From Nitrospirota bacterium (lineage in GTDB: Bacteria > Nitrospirota > UBA9217), in contig CAVUCU010000005.1 in assembly GCA_963740085.1 (NCBI GenBank), positions 1 through 64,000 of the forward strand: DNA of 64,000 nucleotides, read 5' to 3'. The position numbers and the translations under genes are program-made. Position 1 is the stretch's first letter. The number at the start of each line of letters is the position of its first letter. The notes under the pieces are model-generated. The model did not search any database. It was not told the DNA's origin and saw nothing but the letters and a program-made list of their open reading frames with translations. This document shows positions 11,912 through 22,181 of the stretch, piece by piece.

Positions 11912-12124
11912 ATGAAGACGATTAATGAGAAATGCGAAGATATCAATACGGTCGGCTCATTCTGCGGCTGCATCGCCGGTGAGGAATCTGTGGATCCGGC
12001 GGCGAAGGCATTCTGCAACCGGACGAAAACCGATAAAAACATCACCGGCGAGGATCTGGCCGAGTTGAAAAAGGCCTTGGCGGATCTGAATGAAGATGAT
12101 GACGATGGTTGTTGCGGCTGCTAG
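11912..12124 (+). CDS. Small Cys-rich hypothetical protein (70 aa, 7 Cys)
   Basis: AGGAGG RBS, TATACT -10 at 11868, and CGC and CCGC motifs. Confidence 0.65.
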   Translation: MKTINEKCEDINTVGSFCGCIAGEESVDPAAKAFCNRTKTDKNITGEDLAELKKALADLNEDDDDGCCGC

Positions 12125-12259
12125 GGAAAAGGGCCGAGGTTTCACCGCAGGTTAACCTGACCAAAGAACGAAAAAGCTGGACGAGAAACGTACTGTTTCT
12201 CGTCTTCTTTTGCTTGATGGTGCCTTTAAATGGGTAACCCTGAGATCCCCTAAGATGTT

Positions 12260-12565
12260 TTATTCTATGTGCGCTTTTGCCGTCTGGAGAGCAATGTCTT
12301 TGTCCCTGGTAAACAGCCTCCACATCATGCCTGATGAGTGAATACCTGCTTTTTTGTCTTGACCTCTACCGTAATACCAGTGTCCAAAGCGTTCGACCGT
12401 GGAAAAGGGATGATTGCGTGTGCAGAGAACCCCGCAAGGCTTGATCTCTTTGAAATAAATAGTTTCCTCCGGGGCCTCATCAAAAGACATGTCCGCAGGC
12501 AATACGATTTGAGATACATCCACCTTCTCTGCTTCCTTTTCATCCAGCCAGTCTGAGATTTTCAT
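12260..12565 (-). CDS. Hypothetical protein
   Basis: GAAGGAG upstream of ATG 12565; protein-like composition. Confidence 0.55.
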   Translation of the reverse strand: MKISDWLDEKEAEKVDVSQIVLPADMSFDEAPEETIYFKEIKPCGVLCTRNHPFSTVERFGHWYYGRGQDKKAGIHSSGMMWRLFTRDKDIALQTAKAHIE

Positions 12566-12677
12566 TTGATTTTCTATCTCCTTCCGAGATCTATGGCCCG
12601 CTGATCGATTCAACTGCTCGACCCTATATTACCACAATTTTCGCCGCGCAAAGTCAACAACAACGTCCCCTTCTGCC

Positions 12678-13289
12678 TCACGAGTGGCCACCCTTCGCGT
12701 CTTTGAGCCCGACAGTCACCCGTGCGATACCGTCGGCGAGGATGTCCTCGATCTCATCCAGCATCTTTGTTGTTGAGTCCGGGTCGTCATCCCTTGCCGT
12801 CGGTTCCAATTTCGCGCATACGGCGATATTTTTCTGCAATCGTTCCGACGCTTCCGTAAGTTCGTGCATCGCATCGACCGCATCCGGGGAGAAGTCGTCT
12901 TCTTCTGTTCCTCCCAGATTGAGCCCCGCTATGAAGTATCGCAGCAGCGCCAGATCGTCGGTCATGTGGTGCAGCACGCCCTGAAAATTGTCCGGATACT
13001 CCTGCTCGGGAAAGTAAAATGGATCTTCTTCCGGTCTCCATCGGGCAATGAAGTTCCAGAGCGACAGCAGGTTAGCCTTCACGTTTTCAGCGTCTTCTTC
13101 CGAGACAGGAGGGTCAATGTCTTCCCCTAAGATAACGGACAAGTACTTTTCAGGGTCCGCCGGGTCCGGCGCCGCCATGCCCCCGTAGAAAAGGCCGTAG
13201 ATCTCATGAAGCGTTCTCTCCGATCCGACCCTCCCAAGCGCTTCGCGCGTCAGGGTGTCGTCCGAGTAGCTCGTAAGCGTATTTTCCAT
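12678..13289 (-). CDS. UPF0149/YecA-like protein
   Basis: LHEIYGLFYG and FIAGLNL motifs in an acidic helical protein; GGAG RBS. Confidence 0.6.
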   Translation of the reverse strand: MENTLTSYSDDTLTREALGRVGSERTLHEIYGLFYGGMAAPDPADPEKYLSVILGEDIDPPVSEEDAENVKANLLSLWNFIARWRPEEDPFYFPEQEYPDNFQGVLHHMTDDLALLRYFIAGLNLGGTEEDDFSPDAVDAMHELTEASERLQKNIAVCAKLEPTARDDDPDSTTKMLDEIEDILADGIARVTVGLKDAKGGHS

Positions 13290-13439
13290 CTGCTCCTGTC
13301 CTCTCTCACGTCCCGCCATTGTTTTGCACTGTTTTTTGTATTATACGTCATTCGCGATACAACAGTAAAGACCTGGCCCAATGATGTCCCTTCACCGTCA
13401 GCATGCATAAAGAGTACCGAATAGGTCCTGTTATTGTCC

Positions 13440-13467
13440 TTGACATCCCGGGGGATCGAGGTATGAT
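13440..13467 (+). promoter_or_regulatory. Sigma70-type promoter
   Basis: TTGACA-16 nt-TATGAT upstream of the ORF at 13554. Confidence 0.6.
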
Positions 13468-13553
13468 TAAAGAAAGAAGAGGACCTGCAAGGTCTTATTT
13501 GAAGACACGTCAGGAAGCTTGTGGAAATACAATGTTGTACCAGGAGGCACATT

Positions 13554-13871
13554 ATGGCGACTGCAAAAGAACTAAAAGAGAAGGCGTACTTTGAGGATGT
13601 ATTCAAAGAGTTGGAAGGCATAAAGAGGAGGCTCTACGTACTCCGCGAAGAACTTGCGCGGACCTATGGCAAGGACAGCCCGATGCTGATCGCGCATGAC
13701 CGGCATTTGGTCGAGGCGGCTGAGTATATCGACTGGAAGCTCCAGATCCTTGAAAAGGGAACATCCTTTGACTGGAAGGCCGCGAAAGGGAGTAGACAGG
13801 ATATTCAAAGCGATGTTTCCGTACGGGCACCCGAGGGACCGGAAATTTCCGGCGGGTATCTCGGCGGATAA
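13554..13871 (+). CDS. Hypothetical protein
   Basis: AGGAGG RBS, upstream promoter and downstream terminator define a monocistronic unit. Confidence 0.7.
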   Translation: MATAKELKEKAYFEDVFKELEGIKRRLYVLREELARTYGKDSPMLIAHDRHLVEAAEYIDWKLQILEKGTSFDWKAAKGSRQDIQSDVSVRAPEGPEISGGYLGG

Positions 13872-13898
13872 GGTTAGACCTGCTATCTCGTACTCAAG

Positions 13899-13928
13899 GC
13901 CGGCGAAGAAGATTTCGCCGGTTTTTTT
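13899..13928 (+). terminator. Rho-independent terminator
   Basis: CCGGCGAA-gaagat-TTCGCCGG followed by T7. Confidence 0.8.
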
Positions 13929-14223
13929 ATTCTGTCGGCATCAGGCAGCACAATACATGAATATACTTCACGTCATTTGTCTTTACCCAAATTTCCCACG
14001 ATCTCCCTGAACTGCTCCAACGCATCTAAGATGTTCCGCAGGAATTAACCGAGAACTTGCAGTACGCCGTAAGTATCAACTTCCCGAGGTTGTCCTAACT
14101 GCTTGGTAAGTTGCGGTAATACGGGATGAAAATATCGTCGGTGGGATCAGACAGCGGAAACTTGCGAGTTTGAAAAACTATGCTATACTGTAAGCCAAGT
14201 GCTCGAATCAATCGACTTTCAAT

Positions 14224-14383
14224 TGCCTTGGGTTTTGAGGGGAGAGGTACCGTAAGTAAACAAAATGCCTTCATGCATCATGCGGTGTGCAAGCCCTCAT
14301 CAGCAGCAGAGAGGGTAGCCTGAAGCATCTGCTGAGGCAACTACTTTGGAACCAGCCTCGCACAATACTCAAAACTCAAGGCA
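14224..14383 (+). ncRNA. ssrS: Probable 6S RNA
   Basis: 16-bp closing stem (TGCCTTGGGTTTTGAG / CTCAAAACTCAAGGCA), rod-like inner pairings, and a GTGTGCAAGCCC...GGGTAGCCTGAA apical motif recalled from deltaproteobacterial 6S RNAs. Extended -10 TGCTATACT at 14181. Confidence 0.62.
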
Positions 14384-14501
14384 TAGCTTTTCGTTCCTTC
14401 ATAAAGCCTCTCCTGGCACGAGACGTCCAGTACAATCCCCTCCACGATAAGAATTAAAACCGACAACGATGGGGACGCAAGAAAGGTGACGAATACCGTT
14501 C

Positions 14502-15191
14502 TCATGTCTTTCCGCCTTCCCATGCCAGCACCTTATCATACTCTTTAAAAAGTTTCTCTTTTTTTCTGAAATCCGGGGAATGAACGCTTCTTCTTTTTCC
14601 CTGGATAGTTATCCCCAGCGCCGCGTGCAGCATTTCATGATAGATGATGAACGCGATGTAATAGCGGGGAACGGTTTTCCTGTCGAGCACCGGGTTGATC
14701 CTGATCATGTTCGATCGTTCGCTGTAGCTCCCGACGGTCCTTTTTCTCACTGCATAGCGCGGACTTCTTGATCCCCAGGTGATCACGGCGTTGATCGCGC
14801 CTCCGAAGTATTCCCTGTTGATCTCGGCGTACAGTCCGCCCAAGTCATGAAATTTGCCGGCGATCCGCACAGGGACCTTCTTTGGCGGTTTCAGGCGGAA
14901 CTGCGCTTTGTTCTCGCGGATGAAGCTTCGGAAATGAGGCATTGCGCCTCTTCTGTTTTTCAAGTACAAGACGATCTCATTTACCACCCGGCTATCAGCA
15001 GTAAGAAACATCCGGTGCAGCCGGACGCGCAGCACGTTGTCATGCATCCGTGCCGAGAGCATGGTCGTCGAATTTCCGGTGAGGATGACGGACACGGGCC
15101 TGTTGAGGCTTTCTTCAAGATACTGTTTCAGGGAATTATCGGTATGGTTAAAGGAGAATGCCAGTTGATCGTCCGACGCGGTTTTTTGCAT
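14502..15191 (-). CDS. SprT/M48-like zinc metallopeptidase
   Basis: INREYF, IRINPVLD, FIIYHEMLH (HExxH) and HSPDF. Confidence 0.8.
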   Translation of the reverse strand: MQKTASDDQLAFSFNHTDNSLKQYLEESLNRPVSVILTGNSTTMLSARMHDNVLRVRLHRMFLTADSRVVNEIVLYLKNRRGAMPHFRSFIRENKAQFRLKPPKKVPVRIAGKFHDLGGLYAEINREYFGGAINAVITWGSRSPRYAVRKRTVGSYSERSNMIRINPVLDRKTVPRYYIAFIIYHEMLHAALGITIQGKRRSVHSPDFRKKEKLFKEYDKVLAWEGGKT

Positions 15192-15334
15192 AGTATCCTA
15201 GCCTATGGGATCAGAAGCCATGGATCAAGTTTGCGGCTTGACATTCATCGTTTGCAATCGAAAAGAAAGGCACCGGAACGCTGATGTCTTTGATGCATCC
15301 AGTTACCGTTCTGAACGCATATACCGCAGTCTCT

Positions 15335-15658
15335 CTATAATAGCTTACAGAGCCCATCGATTATATATTTTTGAATGCCGTCCGCAAGACGCTGAGCACT
15401 GGCTTTAGCCGCGACATCCAGCTTAATGCTCTCCAGTTCTGTGAGAATATCCATATTCGTCACAAGCCTTTTAAAACCTGCGGGTGTCAACTGGCCTGCT
15501 GCAAGCATGACGGTCCAGTGTTCAACATTTACCGCCTGCAATCTCACAAATTCAGACTCATCATTCTTGGCTGAACGGATAAGTTCCTTCAACTCCTCTT
15601 TAGCCAGCGACGAGTTCTTGTCCGCAATACCATCGATGTAATCCGTGAACTTGCTCAC
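15335..15658 (-). CDS. Hypothetical helical protein
   Basis: GTG start with AGGAG RBS; 107 aa. Confidence 0.6.
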   Translation of the reverse strand: MSKFTDYIDGIADKNSSLAKEELKELIRSAKNDESEFVRLQAVNVEHWTVMLAAGQLTPAGFKRLVTNMDILTELESIKLDVAAKASAQRLADGIQKYIIDGLCKLL

Positions 15659-15774
15659 ACCGGCTCCTAACCCGGACGAGCCGGAATTGGAAATTGAAGA
15701 TTGGAAATTTGAAATTGATAATGTCAGACCCCTGCCCCTTGCCCCTTCAAAGTTGCTTTTGGGTCAGCCATGCA

Positions 15775-18110
15775 TCAGAATATCCAGAAGAGCCGCATTT
15801 TTTTCCTCTGGTCCGGCAGGGTCTCGACGCCCACGAGGCCGCCCAGGATGGCCCAGTACGAGCCTTTGCCCTCTTCCGATTCTTTGTAAAAGAACGGGTT
15901 GAATTCGAAGGTGGACGACGTCTTTGTCGTGCTTGTCCGGATGAAGCGCCAGAGGAACCTGAACTCGCTCGTATCCGCGTCCTTCCGCTCGTAGCTGATC
16001 ACCTTCCAGAGGACCTCGGTCTCGCTCTCCGCTTCACCCTTCCTCTCGTAAGAAAAGAGCGGCCACAGTAATGATAACCCCCTGGCATCGGCCTTCTCGT
16101 TCCTGAAATAGGTGTAGAGAGGGAAGACCCCGTGGCGAACTTCATCTCCCTCCCGCTTATACCTGATCAAGGCGATGTCCGTCCCGGGCAGGAGCCAGAA
16201 GAACGTGAGCCGCGTTTTGTCCTGTTCCCGGTCGCGCTCGTACCAGTGCAGGAACAGGGATGCGACCTCTGTTTTTCGGGGCTTCCGTGATGGTACCAGA
16301 GCGGGAAGAACAGAGTATCGGAGGTTTGCCCCTTCCTCGCGCGGTAGAACAACAGGACATGCGCCATGCTGCGGTCTTTCTCCGGATCGCTGCCGAAGCG
16401 GATGAGCGGCCAGAGCGTCGAGTATTCCGTGTAGGTCCCGCGTGTCATCCTGCCAAAGAAGGGCCAGAAATGGAGCCACTCCCGGTCCTGTTGCCGCAGG
16501 TGAACGTCGGAGGTACAGCCAGAGGCTTAAAAGCGAATCTATATCCTTCATGGTAATACAGCGGGATGAACCATGTCCTCTCCTCATCGCCCTTGACCCT
16601 CCTGTTATACAGCCAGAAAAGAGCGGACTGCCGGGACAAGCCTGCATGGTCGTCGCGGATATCAAAGTACACGGGCACCAGGAACGAGCGCAGCCGGTAC
16701 CACTCCCCCTTTTGATGGACGCCGTAAAAAGGAAGGACCAGGCGCGTGCTCTCTTCGCCGGACGAGAGCGACCAGTAGAGCGGGAAGACGGCGGTGAAGG
16801 AGCGGTTTGGGGTCCTGCTGTGCCAGTACAGGGGCAGCGCGTGGATCGAGAGCGTATCCGGCGAGGTTTCGTAATGGAAGAGCGGCCAGAGCACATCCCA
16901 GGCCGAAAGCTGCAGTTCCTCGTCGTGGAGCTGGGAATAGAGCGGAAACAGGACAAAGTGGCGGGAGACGGTCTCGCCCCTGCGGTACGATCAATACAAC
17001 GGGAAATAGTAGGTGAATTCGCTTCTGAGCGCCGAATCCTCGGAATGGTAGTACAGCGGGAAGAGCGTCCGGAACGTGAAGGTCTTGCTGCGGTAGCCGC
17101 CGTACACCGGCAGCTCTATCGTGAGTCCCGTGTTCTGCGTCTGATAATCGTAGTAGGCAGGGAGGAGCATGGTAAAGCTTCCCGCGTCGGAACGCCGCGT
17201 AAAAAAGAGCGGCGTGATCATGCTCGACGTGGTCCTGGGAGAGCTCGGAACGGTAATAGAAGGGAAAGACGAGGTTCATGCTCTCCTCCGCCGTCTTCCT
17301 GCTCACGACAAAGGGCGTAATGAAGCGAAGACGGGATTCGGGCGTCTCGCGGTTGAAGTAGAGCGGAAAGACCAGGTCGGTTCTTTTCTGTGCCGACCGG
17401 GACGAGTACCACAGCGGAAAAACCGCGCGCCCCGTCCGGTCGGGCGATGAATTCCAGAAATAAGAGCGTCACGAATCCCTGCGACGAGTCTCTCCTTCCC
17501 TCGTACCAGTACAGCGGGATGATCCGGTGAGAGAGATAATCGTCCTTGTGGTGATAGTTGATCAAAGGCCAGGGGAAATTGACCTCAACCTCCCCGGAGG
17601 CGGAATCATGCCCGTACCGGAAGAAGGGGTAGATCGCTCGAATACTCGGCGAACGTTTCGCCCTCCCGGTCCACCCCGAAGAACGGCCAGACATGAAAGG
17701 CGGAGGATCTCTTTCGCTCGATGTCCCAGTACACCGGAAAGAGCACGTTGTGGCGGTAGCCGGGCTCGCTCTTGTACCAGTAGAGGGGGAAGATGTGGAA
17801 CCAGAGCTTCGGCCCCGTGCGCTCATAGGTGCTGAGCGGCCACAGCACGCTCGTCTTTCTGAAGTCCTTCGCGGGATCGGCCTGGGTCGTGAAAAGGATG
17901 CCGCCCACGGAGTGCCTGCTCCATGTTTCTTTACGCTCGAACTGGTAAGACCGGCCAGAGCACGTCGGTCTCCGCATGCTGCCGTCCGCCTTGTGGTAGA
18001 GAAAAGGCCATGACGTGATCGGGCGGGAGCTTCCCGGCCTGCACGGGTCAGGCGAGAGCTCTCAGCAGCATCTCGACAGGAATGAAGAGCAAAGTTTCTT
18101 TTCCGTTGAA
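15775..18110 (-). CDS. Exported aromatic-rich repeat protein (LWPLF/LFPLY repeats), heavily frameshifted
   Basis: Many (L/V)(W/F)P(L/F)(F/Y) units across frames, C-terminal ...RLFWIF*, and a degraded signal-peptide-like stretch near 18040-18110. Start uncertain. Confidence 0.6.
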
Positions 18111-18354
18111 AATACTTCGTAAAAGTCCCCGATAATTTCCCTCAGGTCGAAACCCTCCAGAATGTTTGCGCGCAGATATCGCATTATTCGATACCAGACT
18201 CTCAATTTCCATTTAGTCCAATTGAAGCGGTCACAAATTGTGACTGGATGGTGCGGGCCTCGTCAGGAGAGTGCTTGCTTTCCATGCCCCGGAGAGGCTA
18301 CTGAAAACTAACGTACTGTTAAAGGAGAGATATGTCAAAGACATTCATGTCGTT

Positions 18355-18417
18355 GGGTCAGGGTCAGGGTTCAGGGTTCGGGTTCAGGGTTCAGGGTTCA
18401 GGCGTTCAGGGTTCAGG
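18355..18417 (+). repeat. Tandem GGGTTCA/GGGTCA heptamer-hexamer repeat
   Basis: gggtca gggtca gggttca gggttc gggttca gggttca gggttca ggcgttca gggttca. Confidence 0.9.
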
Positions 18418-18652
18418 TCCAGATGCAGGAAGGTTATTCATTTAATATATGACTGATGCATTTCAAGGGCATTTTCGAGCCTGTAGACTTTTTTTACAGC
18501 AGATCCGGTAGGGCCGTCACGACACCGTGTGTGTATGATCTGAGAAGACGTCTCACCCTTCCAATCAGGAGTAATATGGTATAATATAAACAAGATGAAA
18601 GCAGATTTTTCCTTGAAAGGGTGGTGATTAACTATGACGGTCGGAGCATCAA

Positions 18653-19240
18653 TTGAAAACATCAACTCTCCTTATAATTGCGGTCATCTTCATTAGGCTC
18701 ATGCTCTTCAATCCCGACGATTCACGACCCGATTATACCATACATGCCGCATGGGTCCCGGTAAATATCCTGTCGGGAATTGGATCCCTTGCGGTTTTCG
18801 CAGAATTGGTTGGCATAGACGAGGCATTGCGGAAAAAGGTAACCGCCTTTGGCAGAATAGCCTTTGCCCTGGCGCTGTTGGGCACCGCACTCTTCACTGG
18901 CCTGTTGTTCTTCGTCGAGGTAACACTTTTGCCGGTCCTGGCGAGCAATCCCGTCTATCAGCCGCTTTTAAGCGATAGCGGCACGCTGATGAGAGGGCCA
19001 TTCGGTATCGCGCTCATGGCCTCGTTCGCGATCATCAGCCTGGGGTATGTGCTCCTGGCGATCTATCTCGTCACGTAGAAGACCATTTCCATCGTGAACG
19101 GCCTGCATATTCATCGCCGCTCCGCTTACGGCCTTTCGCTTTCCTTGACCCTACGCCGTGGAGATCATCGGAGGTGTTTTGCTTGGTGCGGCGTTCTTAT
19201 GGCTCGGGGTGTCGATACGGAAAGGAACGGCACATAAGGC
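18653..19240 (+). pseudogene. Disrupted multi-TM membrane protein
   Basis: Hydrophobic ORF interrupted by TAG at 19076 and a frameshift; TM-like sequence resumes at ...EIIGGVLLGAAFLWLG. Confidence 0.5.
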
Positions 19241-19357
19241 ACTGGAAGCGAGATCAGGAGCTATGAGGAGTGCTATGTTCATGTTGGTGGCCACTCATAA
19301 CTGCTTCCGTAAGGGATACGACAGCGGGGTCATTGGATCAGAGCCATGGGTCGAATC

Positions 19358-21067
19358 TCAAATGCATGTCCAAAGGAGTGATTTGACCGCTATGGACTCT
19401 ATCGCATGCAAAGGTAAAGTCGGAGCCCTTGCCCCTTCAATCTCCACCCCATCCCCCACTCTGATCCCGGAGCCTGCCGAGGTCTCGATCACCCAAGCGG
19501 TCCGCTTACCAGAGGGATATATCTCCCGGCTCCCCGGCCTGCAGTTCGGATAGACCCGGACGACCTTTTTATCGGGGCCGACAAATATGATATCGATCGG
19601 GTATACGACGCTTCCCATCCAGAAGGTGACGACGTCGGGCTTCTGGAACACAAAGAGCGCAGCCTCGTTGTTTTTCAGCGGACGAAAACCCTGCAGGCCC
19701 CGGGTCTTTGCCTCATCAGTATCGCAGATCAGCACGATGTTGAAGGTACGGGGTTTAGACCTGTGGTCGGACGGTGTGACCGTCACTGATGAGCATTGGT
19801 TCGGCTTCTCTGCCGCAACGGCCTCGGCACCGCCTGCCAGTTTTACCTCTCCCGCGAGCACCGCGATGCCGACTACGATCGTCACGGCCGTTATCAGCGC
19901 ACCCACGCGGAAATACTCCATGAACCCGATCTCCACCCGTTTTCTCGCCTGCTGCACCACGATCAGGTTGGCGACAGAGCCGATGAGCGTCAGGTTCCCC
20001 GCCAGGGTACTGCTCATGGCGAGTGCGAGCCATATCAGCTGTCCGCTGCCGAGCGTCTGGATAAGCGGTTTCAACAGCATCACCGCGGGCACGTTGCTCA
20101 CGAGATTCGAGAGAATGACGGATACCGCGGACAACCCCGCGATCCTTCCCAGCGGCGAAAGCGCTGTCAGATCCCCCGCCTTCCCGATCACTGTTGCGGC
20201 AAGACCCGATACCTCCACTCCGTGCATCACGACAAAAAGTCCGGAGAAGAACAGCAGGAGTGTCCAGTCCACTCCTTCGAGGATCTTTTGAGTGCTCACC
20301 CCGCCGATCACCATAAGCAGCACGGCCCCGGCTGCGGCAACGAGCGAGTAGGAATATCCCATCGAGAAAGAGACGAGGACCGCGCCGCAAACCAGGAGCG
20401 CCTTCACCAGCAGCGGCTTGTGCACGCGGTACTCCGGCATCGTGGGCCGGGCTGGGAAGGCGCCGGCCTTCATCTCTTTCCCGTACACAAGCCGGATGAC
20501 CGCGATGCTCACCGCGAGTCCGACAACAGCGATTGGAAAGAGCGCCCCAAGAAAGGACAGGTACGGTATTTTCGAATAGATGCCGATAAACATGTTCTGC
20601 GGATTGCCGGTCACGGTCATGACGCTCCCGATGTTCGACGACGTGGCAAGGGCGAGCAGATACGGCATGGGGCTTACTCCCAGCTGGATCGCTACCTCGA
20701 GGACGATCGGTGTATAGAGCAGGCAGATCGTATCGTTCACGAACAAAGCGGACAGCAGGCCCGACGACAGCACCACCAGAACGAGAAGCTGAAGCGGCGT
20801 CTTTGCAAGCGAGAGCATCTTGTCCGCCATGAGCTCGAAGAACCCCGCCGTGCGGAGATAGACCGTGATGATCATCATCCCGAGGAGCAGCAGGAGCGTA
20901 CGCATGTCGATGGCGCTGAACGCCTGATCGAGGGTGAGCACGCCGAAGACGACCATCAGCACTGCGCCCACGAGCGCGCCGGCAGGCCGGTCGATATGCA
21001 GGCGCGGGATCTGGCGCAGGCCGATGAACAGGTAGGTGATGATGAAGATAACGAGTGCGGTGATCAT
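19358..21067 (-). CDS. ArsB/NhaD/CitM-type anion transporter fused to a C-terminal DUF192 domain
   Basis: ALFVNDT, SNIGS..TVTGNPQN, LVSNVP and STLAGNLTLIGSVAN, then RGL...LFVF...FWM...YPIDIIF...VIETSAG. Confidence 0.85.
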   Translation of the reverse strand: MITALVIFIITYLFIGLRQIPRLHIDRPAGALVGAVLMVVFGVLTLDQAFSAIDMRTLLLLLGMMIITVYLRTAGFFELMADKMLSLAKTPLQLLVLVVLSSGLLSALFVNDTICLLYTPIVLEVAIQLGVSPMPYLLALATSSNIGSVMTVTGNPQNMFIGIYSKIPYLSFLGALFPIAVVGLAVSIAVIRLVYGKEMKAGAFPARPTMPEYRVHKPLLVKALLVCGAVLVSFSMGYSYSLVAAAGAVLLMVIGGVSTQKILEGVDWTLLLFFSGLFVVMHGVEVSGLAATVIGKAGDLTALSPLGRIAGLSAVSVILSNLVSNVPAVMLLKPLIQTLGSGQLIWLALAMSSTLAGNLTLIGSVANLIVVQQARKRVEIGFMEYFRVGALITAVTIVVGIAVLAGEVKLAGGAEAVAAEKPNQCSSVTVTPSDHRSKPRTFNIVLICDTDEAKTRGLQGFRPLKNNEAALFVFQKPDVVTFWMGSVVYPIDIIFVGPDKKVVRVYPNCRPGSREIYPSGKRTAWVIETSAGSGIRVGDGVEIEGARAPTLPLHAIESIAVKSLLWTCI

Positions 21068-21157
21068 GGTTGTTGGTTTACATCCATGAACGTGGAGAGC
21101 CGTGAAAGAAAATACATGAAAAAGAGGGTCCGACGATCTTGTAAGAAGTCATGATCT

Positions 21158-21273
21158 ACCACGGAGACACGGAAACACGGAGAAATGCCCTTCGAAATAA
21201 TGACGATCTTCTCCGCGTGCTTTCCTAAGTGGCCTTTTTCTTTTGAAAGCTACTGTGCCTCTGCGGTTAAATT
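21158..21273 (-). repeat. Palindromic MITE-like element, family A copy 1
   Basis: Its reverse complement aligns end to end with 22182-22298. Confidence 0.7.
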
Positions 21274-21277
21274 CGAC

Positions 21278-22003
21278 TTACGCGGCAGGCAGACTATTCC
21301 CATTTTTTATCGCCCGGGTGATAGTTGCTATCCCCATCGTCAGTGAATCGCTGGTGATGTCAGTGAATCCGCACGTGGCGATGAGCTGCTTGAACGCATC
21401 GGGCGAGTAGAAGGCGTTGATGGACCGGGGAAGATATAAATACGGCTTGGCCTTTTTCGTTACCATCATCGCGATAGCGGGCATGACCTTGAATACATAC
21501 CATTCATAGGGTATGCGGAACCAGGAGGCGCCGGGCTTGGTGAGCTCGAGACAGATGAATTTTCCGCCCGGTTTCAGCACCCGGTTGATCTCCGTCAGGG
21601 CCACCGAGGTGTCGGGGATGTTCCTTATGCCATAGGCCACGGTGACGGCATCGAATGTATTGTCCGCGAAGGCGATGTTCTTCGCATCCGAGAAGCTGAA
21701 TGAAACATTCTGGTAGCGGGAGCCCTTTTTGATCTCGGCGAGCTCGAGCATCTCCTCGCAATTGTCGGTCCCCATGACCGAGCCCCCGGGGCCAACCCGC
21801 CGGGAGAGCAGAAAAGCCATCTTGCCGGTGCCGGTACAGACATCGAGAACCTGATCGCCTTTGAGTATGCCTGATCGGGACACCGCCCGCGTACGCCAGA
21901 GGTGATCGAACCCGAAACTGAACCCGCTGGTGAGAAGATCAAGATGGGGAGCGACCGTGGAGAAGATATTTTTTATATAATGGTCCTGCCGTTTGAACGA
22001 CAT
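21278..22003 (-). CDS. UbiE/MenG-family methyltransferase
   Basis: IFSTVAP, VLDVCTGTG, FDAVTVAYGIRN, RVLKPGG and YLYLPRSI; AGGAG RBS. Confidence 0.9.
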   Translation of the reverse strand: MSFKRQDHYIKNIFSTVAPHLDLLTSGFSFGFDHLWRTRAVSRSGILKGDQVLDVCTGTGKMAFLLSRRVGPGGSVMGTDNCEEMLELAEIKKGSRYQNVSFSFSDAKNIAFADNTFDAVTVAYGIRNIPDTSVALTEINRVLKPGGKFICLELTKPGASWFRIPYEWYVFKVMPAIAMMVTKKAKPYLYLPRSINAFYSPDAFKQLIATCGFTDITSDSLTMGIATITRAIKNGNSLPAA

Positions 22004-22181
22004 ATCAGAACTCCTGTGTACGATAAAAATAAGCGACGGGGATCCGGGCATACTGCTTATGAACCGGAAGAGGCTGCCGGAATTTCGCCGTACACTATAA
22101 CACTATACCACACGGTTTTTTATATTTCAATAGGCCGTTGATCTTGTGTCGTTGATCTTGTAGTTTCGCAAAAAAGCCTCA

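Noticed and set aside
19076-19078. TAG read-through (pyrrolysine) in the membrane protein at 18653
   Set aside because: A further frameshift and stop follow within ~70 nt, and there is no pyl context. Decay or error is simpler.
22136-22161. Direct repeat CGTTGATCTTGT x2 upstream of the ubiE-like gene
   Set aside because: Only two copies with a 14-bp period, next to a MITE end. It cannot be distinguished from a small duplication.
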